DNA of 64,000 nt from Gammaproteobacteria bacterium (GCA_019652555.1 BPAJ01000003.1:14611-78610); one strand, 5' to 3'. Positions 53,767-63,881 are shown, counted from the first letter of the stretch. Numbers and translations are program-made. The notes: a model not told the origin generated them from the letters alone.

Positions 53767-54358
53767 TTTTTTTATCCTCCCTTAAGTTCATTGGATCTTT
53801 ATATACGGTATAAATTGTTATGACAAGAATGAATCCAATTAAGAAATAATTAAAATATTCTATAAATGCAACCCCCAAAAAGTAGCCACTTAAGACATAC
53901 AAAGAAGTCCATATTGGCGCAGATAAAATAGTCACAGGAAAAAAAACTCTTTTATTCATTCCCAAAGAACCTGCTGTAAAGGGCACTACGCATCTTAATG
54001 GACCAAAAAACCTTCCTAGCGCGACACTTAAAACTCCATATTTGCCCATAAACTTTTGAGCCTGTTTTATATAGCCATGATAATTATCAGGTACCCAATC
54101 GTAGAGTTTGTTTCCAACTAATATGCCCAAGCCATAGCTGACAGAATCTCCAGCTACCATTCCCATAGTTGCGTAAAAAGTTATCTCAAAAGGACTTATT
54201 CCGACTGTTGCCGCAAGCGCTCCAACACCAGGAACAATTAATGTAGCTGGTGTAAACAAACCTGCAATGAAGAGGGATTCAATAAAAATCAACGCGAAAA
54301 TAGTCCAATTCACCCAATCAGGATTTGTCTCTAAAAAAGAAAGGATAGAATCGAACAT
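53759..54358 (-). CDS. DedA/VTT-family membrane protein
   Basis: 199 aa, polytopic, with the DedA-like segments FIESLFIAGLFTPA and GRFFGPLRCVVPFTAG. Overlaps the oxygenase start by 8 nt. Confidence 0.75.
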   Translation of the reverse strand: MFDSILSFLETNPDWVNWTIFALIFIESLFIAGLFTPATLIVPGVGALAATVGISPFEITFYATMGMVAGDSVSYGLGILVGNKLYDWVPDNYHGYIKQAQKFMGKYGVLSVALGRFFGPLRCVVPFTAGSLGMNKRVFFPVTILSAPIWTSLYVLSGYFLGVAFIEYFNYFLIGFILVITIYTVYKDPMNLREDKKND

Positions 54359-54393
54359 AGGCAGATAATTAAATTATTGCAATAATACAGTAC

Positions 54394-55656
54394 ATGAGTG
54401 CAAAAACATCCCTTTCAGAGTTAGATTTAATCTGCAAACAAGCTCAAGAAGCAAAGATTGATTTAAGGAGATCTTCGAAAGCAAAAAAAAATGACGCGCT
54501 AAAATATGCAGCAGAGTTTTTGTTGAAGAATAAAGCAAAGCTGATAGATGCCAATACCATAGATATGGAATTGGCCAGTCAAAAAGACTTACAAGATTCA
54601 TTTGTTGATCGACTTGAGCTGAATGAAAAAAGAATAGATTCAATGATTTCTGGATTAGATAAAGTCATAAATTTAGATGATCCAGTAGGTCAAACCGAGC
54701 AACCTCACACTTCGCCATCTGGTTTCGAAGTATCAAAAATGCGTGTTCCTCTGGGCGTGATAGGGATAATTTATGAATCTCGTCCAAACGTTACAGCGGA
54801 CGCATCTGCATTGTGCTTGAAGTCTGGTAATGCATGTATCTTAAGAGGAGGATCTGAAGCAGCAAATTCTAATGCTGTAATTGAGGAGTGCATGCAAGAC
54901 GGTTTGGATAAAGCATCATTGCCAAAATACTCTATTCAGCTTATTAAAAATCAAGATAGAAAGCTTGTAGGTGAAATGATTAAGCGGGAAGGGGATATTG
55001 ATTTATTAATCCCTAGGGGGGGAAAAAGTTTAATAAAAGTTGTTTCTGATGAAGCCAAAATTCCTGTGCTCAAACACTATGAAGGTTTATGTCATGTATT
55101 CATCGATAAAGATGCTGATTTAAAAAAAGCCATAGAAATATCTGTAAACGCAAAAACATATCGTTACGGAATCTGCGGTACGATGGAGACTTTGTTAACT
55201 TCAGAAGAAGTAGCAGCAAAAGTTTTACCAGAGATCAAAGCCGAATTAGATAAGTTGGGTGTAGAACTAAGAGGCTGTGAAAAAACAAAAAAAATTATCG
55301 ATGTTAAATCTGCTTCAGATGCAGATTGGATTACGGAGTATCTTGCCCCAATTCTTTCTGTGAAAGTCGTTACAGATCTTCAATCAGCAATCTCACACAT
55401 AAATATGTATGGCTCTGGCCACACCGACTCAATAGTTTCTGAGAATTTGTCGGCGGTAGAAACTTTTTTCAATGAAGTAGACTCTTCTTCGGTTATGCAT
55501 AATCTTCCTACTTGTTATGCAGATGGATTTGAGTATGGACTTGGAGCAGAAGTGGGAATATCCACAGATAAGTTGCATGCCAGAGGGCCTGTTGGATTGG
55601 AAGGTTTAACAAGTCAGAAATTTGTAATTAAAGGTCAAGGACAACTTAGATCTTAA
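54394..55656 (+). CDS. proA: gamma-glutamyl phosphate reductase
   Basis: 420 aa with IYESRPNVT, LRGGSEA and the catalytic Cys context ICGTMETLL. Confidence 0.95.
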   Translation: MSAKTSLSELDLICKQAQEAKIDLRRSSKAKKNDALKYAAEFLLKNKAKLIDANTIDMELASQKDLQDSFVDRLELNEKRIDSMISGLDKVINLDDPVGQTEQPHTSPSGFEVSKMRVPLGVIGIIYESRPNVTADASALCLKSGNACILRGGSEAANSNAVIEECMQDGLDKASLPKYSIQLIKNQDRKLVGEMIKREGDIDLLIPRGGKSLIKVVSDEAKIPVLKHYEGLCHVFIDKDADLKKAIEISVNAKTYRYGICGTMETLLTSEEVAAKVLPEIKAELDKLGVELRGCEKTKKIIDVKSASDADWITEYLAPILSVKVVTDLQSAISHINMYGSGHTDSIVSENLSAVETFFNEVDSSSVMHNLPTCYADGFEYGLGAEVGISTDKLHARGPVGLEGLTSQKFVIKGQGQLRS

Positions 55657-55659
55657 TTG

Positions 55660-56286
55660 ATGATAAAAAGATTGGGTATCTTTGGCGGAGCGTTTGATCC
55701 AGTTCATAAAGGTCACACGCAATCTCTAAAATACATCAGCGATCTTAAAATTATTGACGAAATCCAAGTTATTCCAAACTATGCATCGCCGCATAACAAG
55801 GATATTCAAACTGACGAGAAGCATCGTTTAAAAATGCTGGAAATCGGCTTTAAAGAGATAAAAAATATTAAGCTAAATGATATTGAATTAAAAAATAAAA
55901 CCAAATCCTATACTTACGAAACGCTTAAACACTTGAAAGAGATTTATCCTGAACAACATCTATCTCTAATTATAGGTTTGGATTCTTTACATAGCTTTAC
56001 GACTTGGAAAAATTGGGAAAACATTTTGTCTTTGTGTTCGCTTTTAGTCTTGGAAAGAAAATTGAATGATAGTTTGGGGCTTAATAAGGAGTTAGAAAGT
56101 AAAATATCACCTGATTATGATGATTTTTTCTCTGGTCATGGAAAAATCCTAATTTTAAAAAACGACTTGATAAACATATCCTCAACAGACGTTAGACATA
56201 AAATCAAGAACAATGAAAACCTAACAGACTTGGTTGATGATCAAGTATTGGAATACATCTCAAAAAAATCTCTCTATAAAATTTAA
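55660..56286 (+). CDS. nadD: nicotinate-nucleotide adenylyltransferase
   Basis: GIFGGAFDPVHKGH and a C-terminal ISSTDVR motif. The ATG at 55660 is preferred over the TTG at 55657. Confidence 0.92.
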   Translation: MIKRLGIFGGAFDPVHKGHTQSLKYISDLKIIDEIQVIPNYASPHNKDIQTDEKHRLKMLEIGFKEIKNIKLNDIELKNKTKSYTYETLKHLKEIYPEQHLSLIIGLDSLHSFTTWKNWENILSLCSLLVLERKLNDSLGLNKELESKISPDYDDFFSGHGKILILKNDLINISSTDVRHKIKNNENLTDLVDDQVLEYISKKSLYKI

Positions 56287-56613
56287 ATGCCCAAAAAATC
56301 AAAAAAAATTATTCAAAATAGTTTAGAGGAGATAAAAGCACAAAATACAATATTTTTAGATCTATCAAAATTAAACAGTTTTACAGACTTTTTAGTCATA
56401 ACATCAGGGACTTCTTCCCGTCACATGTCGGCTATAAAAGATAAATTATTAGAAGACTTAAAAAATAATAAGATATCAATCAGTGGGGTTGAGGGCCAAA
56501 ATTCTAGTGAATGGATCCTATTGGATTTGGGAGACTTTGTAATAAACATTATGTCTAAGGACTCAAGAGCATTGTATGATTTGGAAAGTCTTTGGGATCC
56601 AGCTTTGAATTGA
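56287..56613 (+). CDS. rsfS: ribosomal silencing factor RsfS (YbeB)
   Basis: 108 aa with DFLVITSGTSSRH and EWILLDLGDFVINIM, plus the conserved position after nadD. Confidence 0.88.
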   Translation: MPKKSKKIIQNSLEEIKAQNTIFLDLSKLNSFTDFLVITSGTSSRHMSAIKDKLLEDLKNNKISISGVEGQNSSEWILLDLGDFVINIMSKDSRALYDLESLWDPALN

Positions 56614-56614
56614 A

Positions 56615-58441
56615 ATGAATAATTTTTCTAGAGAAAGATTCAAAACAGGAGAAGAATATTCTAGGGCTTTATTTTTTTTATCACCTTTTATTCTTCTTTT
56701 TTCAATATCACTTTTTCAAGTTTTAAACTTAACTTTATTTCAGGGAGATAAATATCAAACAATAGCTGAGTCAAATAGGATTTATCAAAAACCCATTAGT
56801 CCTGTAAGAGGCTTCATCTATGATAGAAATGGGACTTTATTAGCAGAGAATATTGTCCAGCGAGATCTTTACGTCACTCCAGCCTACATTGAAGATTCTG
56901 CTGAAACCATTTTAAAGTTGTCTAATTTATTAGATGTGCCTTATGAACTTTTGGACGAAAACTTCTCAAGGGGTGTAAAAAAAGTAAAGAAATTTGATTC
57001 CTTTCCTTTGGTGAAGGCTCTTAATGAAGAACAGATTGCTAAAGCCAAAGTAAACCTAGATTCAATTTCAGGTATCGAAGTAAAAGCTACTCTTAAAAGG
57101 TATGTTCTCCATGAGGAGACCTTGGCTCATGTGTTAGGTTACGTTGGAGATATTTCGTCTGATGATATCAGAAGAGACAAACTATTAGCTGAACTACAAA
57201 ATACTCAAATTGGAAAAACAGGTATTGAAAAAGAGTTTGACTACGTTTTAAGAGGTAAACCTGGTATTCAAACTCAAGAAAGAGATGTTAAAGGAAAATT
57301 GGTAAGGATTTTAGATACTCAAGGAGCAGAAGACGGTAAAGATATTTACTTAACTATTGATCAAAAATTACAAGACCATCTCTTTAAGCTTTTTGAAAAC
57401 AGAAGAGGTGCGCTAGTAGCCTTAGAGCCAAAAACCGGCTTGATAAGAGCTTTGATTAGCTCTCCCTCATTCAATCCAAATATATTAAATTCAATTGTGG
57501 ATACCGATGAGGTAGAAAGTTTATTTTCAAATAAAGAAAGCCCAATTTTTAATAGAGCCATTTCTGGGCAATATCCTCCTGCGTCAACCTTGAAGCCTTT
57601 TGTAGGTCTTGCTGCAATAGAAAACGAAGTAATCAGTTGGGATAAAACAATTAAAGACGATGGTGAATTTTATGTCGAGGGAGATCCAAGGCCTTATCGG
57701 GGCTGGAAAGAGAATGGACATGGCAGAGTAGATATGAGGAAAGCGATTGCAGAATCCTCTGATGTATATTTTTATACCATCGCTTTTGATTTAACTTTAG
57801 CGGGGATAAGGCCAATGCTCGACAGTTTTGGATTTGGTAAAAAAACAGGCCTAACTGACTTTGAAGCCAATGGTCTTCTTCCCGATAAAAAATGGAAGTT
57901 AGGTTACAAAGGAGATTTTTGGTTCAAAGGCGACACAATAAATTTAGGAATAGGGCAAGGTTATATTTTAGCCACACCACTTCAATTAGCGATGGCTTAT
58001 TCAGGTCTAGCAAACAAAGGAGTAATTTATCAGCCTCAATTTATACAGCCGGAAGACGAAAAATCTTTTGAACCAAAAAAAGTAGCTGAAATTCAACTTT
58101 CTGATAACAAAGCTTGGGAAAAAATGGAACAAGCTCTAGTTGACGTGATTTCTGCGAGAAATGGAACAGCCCATAAAGTTTTTGATGCCAATTCAGTCGT
58201 TATTGCAGGTAAAACAGGTACTGCACAAATCAAAAGTATTCTTCCGGGTAAAGAATACGATGCAATTCGTGAAAATCCTGCATTACGAGATCATGCTCTT
58301 TTCGTTGGCTATGGGCCAGTAGAAGATCCAAAACTAGTTGTAGCGGTAATCATAGAAAACGGTGAATCAGGTAGCGAAGTTGCAGCCCCAATTGTTAAAT
58401 CTGCAATAAATTTTTACACAGGAGGATTTGATGCAGAATAA
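56615..58441 (+). CDS. mrdA: penicillin-binding protein 2 (elongasome transpeptidase)
   Basis: 608 aa with an N-terminal anchor and the SxxK (ASTLKPF), SxD (ESSDVYF) and KTGTAQ motifs. Confidence 0.94.
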   Translation: MNNFSRERFKTGEEYSRALFFLSPFILLFSISLFQVLNLTLFQGDKYQTIAESNRIYQKPISPVRGFIYDRNGTLLAENIVQRDLYVTPAYIEDSAETILKLSNLLDVPYELLDENFSRGVKKVKKFDSFPLVKALNEEQIAKAKVNLDSISGIEVKATLKRYVLHEETLAHVLGYVGDISSDDIRRDKLLAELQNTQIGKTGIEKEFDYVLRGKPGIQTQERDVKGKLVRILDTQGAEDGKDIYLTIDQKLQDHLFKLFENRRGALVALEPKTGLIRALISSPSFNPNILNSIVDTDEVESLFSNKESPIFNRAISGQYPPASTLKPFVGLAAIENEVISWDKTIKDDGEFYVEGDPRPYRGWKENGHGRVDMRKAIAESSDVYFYTIAFDLTLAGIRPMLDSFGFGKKTGLTDFEANGLLPDKKWKLGYKGDFWFKGDTINLGIGQGYILATPLQLAMAYSGLANKGVIYQPQFIQPEDEKSFEPKKVAEIQLSDNKAWEKMEQALVDVISARNGTAHKVFDANSVVIAGKTGTAQIKSILPGKEYDAIRENPALRDHALFVGYGPVEDPKLVVAVIIENGESGSEVAAPIVKSAINFYTGGFDAE

Positions 58442-59531
58442 GCCATTAAGTTTTTCAGTAGATATCAGATTGAATCAAAGAAGAAATTTATTAAATTTTG
58501 ATTATTCTATTGTTCTTACGGTTTTTCTTTTGGGTCTTTTTGGGTTGGCGATGATTTACAGCGCCAGTGGATCCTTCACTTTGGTTTTAAGGCAAGCAAT
58601 GTACTTTTTTCTTGGTGTAATTCTGATGATTACAGCAGCAATGTCTAATTTTAGAAAAATGGAACCTATTTATTTGAATGCAGTCTGGATAGGCTTCTTT
58701 TTTTTGGTTTTAGTTTTAATTTTGCCTAATTCTGGAACCACCAATCGATGGATAAATTTGGGTTTCATTGGATTTCAACCTTCTGAGCTAATGAGGTTTT
58801 TATTACCTATTTCTGCAGCAGCATATTTAACACGAAATCCACAGATAAAATTATCCGACTGGATAATTGTCTTGGTTACAACATTGGTAGCCTTTATTTT
58901 AGTTTTCCTCCAGCCAGATTTTGGCACCTCAGCGATAGTTTTGCTCTCCGGAATAATGCCAATAATTTTATCTGGTCTACCTTGGAGATTTATTATTTAT
59001 AGTTTTTTAGGAGGTATTGGAACTCTTCCTTTCTTATGGATGAGCTTGATGGATTATCAAAAAGAGAGAATATATACCTTTATTAGTCCCGAAGCTGATG
59101 CTTTAGGTTCTGGATGGAATATTGCCCAATCAAAGATTGCCATCGGATCTGGGCAATTTTTTGGAAAGGGCTATATGGAAGGAAGTCAAAGCCAGCTGGA
59201 TTTTATCCCCGAAAGCCATACCGATTTTATTTTTGCAGTAATTGTTGAGGAGTTTGGATTTTTAGGTGCTCTTGGACTTTTTCTTCTTTATGCTTTTTTA
59301 ATTCATCGTCTCTTATACGTTGCTAAAAGCAGTAATTCCAAATTTGCAAAATTGGTTTCAGCCACGCTTTCAATTATTTTAGCTGCTTACATAACATTAA
59401 ACATTTCAATGGTAGTTGGTATCTTTCCTGTAGTAGGAATGCCTTTGCCATTCATAAGTCAAGGTGGAACAGCATTAGTGGTTAATATGATTACTATCGG
59501 TATAATTTTATCTTTAAGGAGAACGACTTGA
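58428..59531 (+). CDS. rodA: SEDS glycosyltransferase RodA
   Basis: 367 aa, polytopic, with SGWNIAQSKIAIGSGQFFGKG and PESHTDFIF. Confidence 0.94.
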   Translation: MMQNKPLSFSVDIRLNQRRNLLNFDYSIVLTVFLLGLFGLAMIYSASGSFTLVLRQAMYFFLGVILMITAAMSNFRKMEPIYLNAVWIGFFFLVLVLILPNSGTTNRWINLGFIGFQPSELMRFLLPISAAAYLTRNPQIKLSDWIIVLVTTLVAFILVFLQPDFGTSAIVLLSGIMPIILSGLPWRFIIYSFLGGIGTLPFLWMSLMDYQKERIYTFISPEADALGSGWNIAQSKIAIGSGQFFGKGYMEGSQSQLDFIPESHTDFIFAVIVEEFGFLGALGLFLLYAFLIHRLLYVAKSSNSKFAKLVSATLSIILAAYITLNISMVVGIFPVVGMPLPFISQGGTALVVNMITIGIILSLRRTT

Positions 59532-60478
59532 AAAAAATAAGTTTGCTTTTGCTTTTAGTTTTTTTTGTGCCTCTAATCCATATGGATTATTCAAAAAGCT
59601 ATGAAACATTGTCTTTCATAGATGAAATGGTTTCCAAACATAAATTTGAAAAATCTTATTTGGTAGAAATTTTCAAAAGTGCTGAAAAAAGAGAAAAAAT
59701 AATCAATTCTATGAATAGACCCGCAGAAAAGAAGTTTTCTTGGGTTCAATACAAATCCAGATTAATTTCGCCTATAAGAATAAACAATGGAGTAAGTTTT
59801 CTGCAGAGATTTTTACCTGAGTTTGAAAAAGCAGAAAAAGAATTTGGAGTTCCTAAAGAAATTATTGCAGCAATCATCGGGATTGAATCCAGTTATGGTT
59901 CTATTACTGGCAGGGAAAGAGTAATAGATTCGTTGTCGACTCTTGCCTTTGATTATCCGAGACGAAGCAAATTTTTTACTAAACAATTAGAGCATTTTCT
60001 CCTTCTTACTAGAGAAGAAAAACTTGATCCTTTGGTTATGAAAGGATCATATGCTGGAGCTATGGGCTATGGTCAATTTATTCCAAGCTCTTATCGATCT
60101 TATGCAATTGATTTTGATGACGACGGAATAAGAAATATCGTAACAAACCCGATTGATGCAATTGGCAGCGTTGCAAATTATTTGAGTAAGCATGGCTGGG
60201 AAAGAAATGCCACTATAGCAGAGGCTCTCACAAAAAATGATGTGAACTCAAACTTCAAGACATCACTATCATTAAAAGAGCCAGATGCTTTGGAACTGGC
60301 ATCTAAGATCAATTTACCAAATAAAAAATACTTACAAATAAATTTTGAAGATAAAGAATTTTGGTTGGGCCATAAAAATTTATATGTCTTATCACGTTAT
60401 AATAGAAGTTCTTTTTATGTGATGGCCGTCTTTCTTCTGAGCCAAGAAATTGACTATGCGTATAGAGTAAAAATATGA
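59528..60478 (+). CDS. mltB: lytic murein transglycosylase B family
   Basis: 316 aa with a TTG start in a TTGA overlap with rodA. Motifs IIGIESSYG (catalytic Glu) and GAMGYGQFIPSS. Confidence 0.88.
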   Translation: MKKISLLLLLVFFVPLIHMDYSKSYETLSFIDEMVSKHKFEKSYLVEIFKSAEKREKIINSMNRPAEKKFSWVQYKSRLISPIRINNGVSFLQRFLPEFEKAEKEFGVPKEIIAAIIGIESSYGSITGRERVIDSLSTLAFDYPRRSKFFTKQLEHFLLLTREEKLDPLVMKGSYAGAMGYGQFIPSSYRSYAIDFDDDGIRNIVTNPIDAIGSVANYLSKHGWERNATIAEALTKNDVNSNFKTSLSLKEPDALELASKINLPNKKYLQINFEDKEFWLGHKNLYVLSRYNRSSFYVMAVFLLSQEIDYAYRVKI

Positions 60479-61626
60479 AAAAAATTTTCTTGATAAGTTT
60501 TATATTCTCTGCAGTAGCATTCTCGCAAACTTTAATTCCCAAATTACCGCAAATCACCGCCTCTAGTTTTTTACTTATTGATGCTGAAACAAATAAAATA
60601 ATTGCTCAACAAAACCCAGAAGCTTCAACAGGGTTGGCAAGCATCACAAAAATAATGACAAGTTACATAGTAGCTGACTATTTGAAGCAAGGATTTTTAA
60701 ACATTAAAGACTCCACAACAGTAAGTGAAAAATGTTGGCGCATGGAAGGCTCGAGAATGTTCATCCAAGAAGGCAAAAAGGTTTTGATAGAAGATTTGAT
60801 GCGCGGCATGATTATTCAATCTGGAAATGATGCAGCTTGTGCCTTAGCTGAACATATTGCAGGAACTCAAGAAGATTTTGCGAGTCTCATGAATGACTAT
60901 GCTCAAAAAATGGAGTTAAAAAATACGAACTTTACCAATCCAACGGGCTTACCAAATGTTAATCACTATTCAACTGCTGAAGATATAGCAAAATTAAGTA
61001 TAGTTTTAATAAACGACTTTCCTGATGAATATGCAATCTACAGCGAGAAAGAATTTACTTACAACGATATAAGGCAGTTAAATAGAAATAGCTTACTCTG
61101 GCAAGATGACTCAATAGATGGTATCAAGACAGGTCATACTAGAGCTTCAGGATATTGCTTGGTTGCCTCGTCCAAAAGAGCAGATATGAGGCTAATTTCG
61201 ATAGTTCTTAATAGTGCCTCTGAAAAATCGAGACTTCAAGATACTAGAAGATTACTGGATTATGGTTTTAAGTATTATCAAACTAAAAAAATAATCGCCA
61301 AATACCAACCAATATCTATAGTTGATGTCTGGGGCGGAATGGAAGATAAATTGGAACTTGGTCCTGAGAAGGATATCTTCGTTACATTAACTAAACCTAC
61401 TTTTGATAGGCTTACAATTGAGGCATCAAAAAATTTAGGTGTAAAAGCACCTGTTAGGAAGGATTCAGTTATAGACAGATTAGATATCAAAGTTGATGGA
61501 GAAACCATTCAATCTGTAGATTTGGTTGCGGTAAATAATGTACAAAGAAAAGGGATTGTCATCGCAACTTTAGAGTCTTTGATGTTTTACGTTTACAGTT
61601 TCTTCATGCAAGATGAAATAAATTAA
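60475..61626 (+). CDS. dacA: D-alanyl-D-alanine carboxypeptidase (PBP5/6 class)
   Basis: 383 aa with a signal peptide and the SITKIMT (SxxK), SGND and KTGHT motifs. Confidence 0.93.
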   Translation: MKKIFLISFIFSAVAFSQTLIPKLPQITASSFLLIDAETNKIIAQQNPEASTGLASITKIMTSYIVADYLKQGFLNIKDSTTVSEKCWRMEGSRMFIQEGKKVLIEDLMRGMIIQSGNDAACALAEHIAGTQEDFASLMNDYAQKMELKNTNFTNPTGLPNVNHYSTAEDIAKLSIVLINDFPDEYAIYSEKEFTYNDIRQLNRNSLLWQDDSIDGIKTGHTRASGYCLVASSKRADMRLISIVLNSASEKSRLQDTRRLLDYGFKYYQTKKIIAKYQPISIVDVWGGMEDKLELGPEKDIFVTLTKPTFDRLTIEASKNLGVKAPVRKDSVIDRLDIKVDGETIQSVDLVAVNNVQRKGIVIATLESLMFYVYSFFMQDEIN

Positions 61627-62459
61627 TGTCAATTTGTTTTTTAAACGACAAATATCTAGATCTTCAAGAAGCAAAAATCTCACCACTGGATAGAGGTTTT
61701 CTTTTTGGAGATGCAATTTATGAAGTAATTATTGCAGTAAATAAAAAACCCTTTGAACTTGGCGCTCATCTAACTAGATTAAAAAAAAATATATCTTCCT
61801 TAAAGTATTCATTATCAGATCAATTTGACCTAGAAGAAACAATTCTAGAAGTAATTTCCAGAAATAAATTTTTGAATCAGGTAATTTACGTCCAAATCTC
61901 TAGAGGCACAGACATTGTAAGAGACCATATTCCAAGTAATGATTTATCACCAACCATATTTGTATCTTCTCATGAACTGAAAACAGACTTTTCTCCGAGT
62001 TCTGGCGAGAAGGCAATTTTATTAGAAGATTTTAGATGGAGAAAAAGTCAGATAAAGGCTACTTCTTTATTAGCCAATGTCATTTATAGATCTGAGGCTA
62101 AAAATCAGGAAGTTTTTGAGACTATTCTTTTTGAAAACGGATTCATTACTGAGGGTGCGGTAAGTAACGTTTTTTGTTGTATCGATAATAAAATCTTAAC
62201 GCCGCCTTTAACTGAAAATATTCTTCCTGGAGTAACAAGAAAAGTAATCTTAGAGCTGATTCAAGATACCTCTTTTGAATACGAAGAGACAAAAATTACT
62301 GTGGATTCTTTTCTATCAGCAGAAGAGATTTGGGTTACGAACTCAACCAAAGGAGTCATTCCAATCATTGAACTTGATGGTAAAAAAATAGGATCCGGAT
62401 TACCTGGTGAAAAATATCTTCAAATTTCTAAAGCTTTCATAAGCAAACTTTCAGGTTAG
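61626..62459 (+). CDS. dat: class IV aminotransferase, D-amino-acid transaminase-like
   Basis: 277 aa with DRGFLFGDAIYEV, QISRGT, EDFRWRKSQIKATSLL (Lys context as in Bacillus Dat RWLRCDIKSLNLL), EGAVSNVF and ILPGVTR. PabC is not fully excluded. Confidence 0.72.
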   Translation: MSICFLNDKYLDLQEAKISPLDRGFLFGDAIYEVIIAVNKKPFELGAHLTRLKKNISSLKYSLSDQFDLEETILEVISRNKFLNQVIYVQISRGTDIVRDHIPSNDLSPTIFVSSHELKTDFSPSSGEKAILLEDFRWRKSQIKATSLLANVIYRSEAKNQEVFETILFENGFITEGAVSNVFCCIDNKILTPPLTENILPGVTRKVILELIQDTSFEYEETKITVDSFLSAEEIWVTNSTKGVIPIIELDGKKIGSGLPGEKYLQISKAFISKLSG

Positions 62460-63367
62460 ATATACCCAAAATTTACAATAATTTTTCTTAATTCAGTCCA
62501 GAATTCCGCCTTTCCTGTTTTAAAGTCTTTATCAAGATCTGCGATTTTTTTTCTTAAACTTTTAATTTGTGGTGGTGATATCTTCTTTGCTTTTATTTTA
62601 AGCTTGGAAAGGTAATCTCTTGGAACACCTTTTAGAAAAAAATTTGGATTCTTTTTGTATTGCTCTAATCGATCTAGCTGTTGGTGAATGACAGCGATTA
62701 TGCCTGGCTCATTTTCTTTATTTAATTTCATAATTTCCAAAATTTCTAAAGATTTTGAAACTTGGTTAGACAAACAACTATTTATTAAGCTAAAGACATG
62801 ATATTCAGAGCTATCTTTTACAAATTCATAATCCGTATGATTTTGATCCAAACATTTTAAAAATTTTAGCTCTTGATAAGCAGACAATAAATTTTCTTCA
62901 TTTCGGGACGCAATTAAATTAATACCTTCTTCGCTCAAAAGTAAATCCATATTTTTCGCCTCGTCCTTGATCCAATCTTTGAATTGATTTGAATAGACCG
63001 GCTGAATTTCAGAGATTTCAAGGTATTTTGATATTTTTTTAAACCAAGCAGATGTTTTGATTTTTTTATTTATTGAAGAAATAACTACTATACGATCTGA
63101 GTTATCGTCTCCTAATAAGCTCAAAAAAAAATCTAAATCATCTTTAAGGATACTTTTTTCTTGAAGGCGCAAATCTATTATTTCTTTTTCACTGAATAAA
63201 CTACCCTGTTGATTTTCAATATTTATTTCTTCTTTAATTCCTTTTTTGTAAAAGAAAATCTTTCTACTTAGGAAGCCTTCTTTTTTAAGATTAGAAATGA
63301 ATTTGTCTCTCAACTTAGAGTTAAGTAACTCGTCATTGCTTAAAATTAATTTATGCTGATTCCGCAT
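62456..63367 (-). CDS. holA: DNA polymerase III delta subunit
   Basis: 303 aa, assigned mainly on the conserved leuS-lptE-holA order and general delta-like helical composition. The sequence is divergent and short. Confidence 0.7.
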   Translation of the reverse strand: MRNQHKLILSNDELLNSKLRDKFISNLKKEGFLSRKIFFYKKGIKEEINIENQQGSLFSEKEIIDLRLQEKSILKDDLDFFLSLLGDDNSDRIVVISSINKKIKTSAWFKKISKYLEISEIQPVYSNQFKDWIKDEAKNMDLLLSEEGINLIASRNEENLLSAYQELKFLKCLDQNHTDYEFVKDSSEYHVFSLINSCLSNQVSKSLEILEIMKLNKENEPGIIAVIHQQLDRLEQYKKNPNFFLKGVPRDYLSKLKIKAKKISPPQIKSLRKKIADLDKDFKTGKAEFWTELRKIIVNFGYI

Positions 63368-63881
63368 TGCTTTTTTCTGAAAAGAAAATCAATAACTCAT
63401 TGACCGCCTCACTGAAGAAATCCAGTTTAATTTCATCTGCTTGTTTTTCATTTGAAAGAATACTTTCGGTGTCGTAAGAAAAATCTTCTGATGTAAAGAT
63501 TGGAATCTCATGGATGGTATTGGTATTTTTTTCAAAAATACTTAACTTAACTTGATAATCAAGACTTACTACAGCAGGAAAAAAATTTTCATCTGTTGCT
63601 TCTAGAAATTTACCCAGTCTATGGTTACTGATTTCAATTACAAAATCTGCAGCATCTTTAGTTTCTGCTAGATTCGCATTCATTAAGAAAAAATTCTTTT
63701 TTAATTCTTGTACAAGAGAGAAGTTAAGAGGATTTTTTTGAAACTCAAAAAAAATCGTAATCTTTTTTTCAGAATAATTTAGTGGTTTAAAACCACATGC
63801 AGCAATAAAAAGAATTAATAAGGAATTTAAGAAGATTCTTTTTAATTCAAATGACAAAATTGACGAGTTTTTTTGGAACAT
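63351..63881 (-). CDS. lptE: LPS assembly lipoprotein LptE
   Basis: 176 aa with a signal peptide and lipobox LFIAAC. Located between leuS and holA. Confidence 0.78.
   Translation of the reverse strand: MFQKNSSILSFELKRIFLNSLLILFIAACGFKPLNYSEKKITIFFEFQKNPLNFSLVQELKKNFFLMNANLAETKDAADFVIEISNHRLGKFLEATDENFFPAVVSLDYQVKLSIFEKNTNTIHEIPIFTSEDFSYDTESILSNEKQADEIKLDFFSEAVNELLIFFSEKSNAESA

Noticed and set aside
54374-54643. 89-aa minus-strand ORF overlapping the proA start.
   Set aside because: It lies antisense to the well-supported proA N-terminus, has no motif, and would leave no promoter space for the divergent dedA/proA pair.
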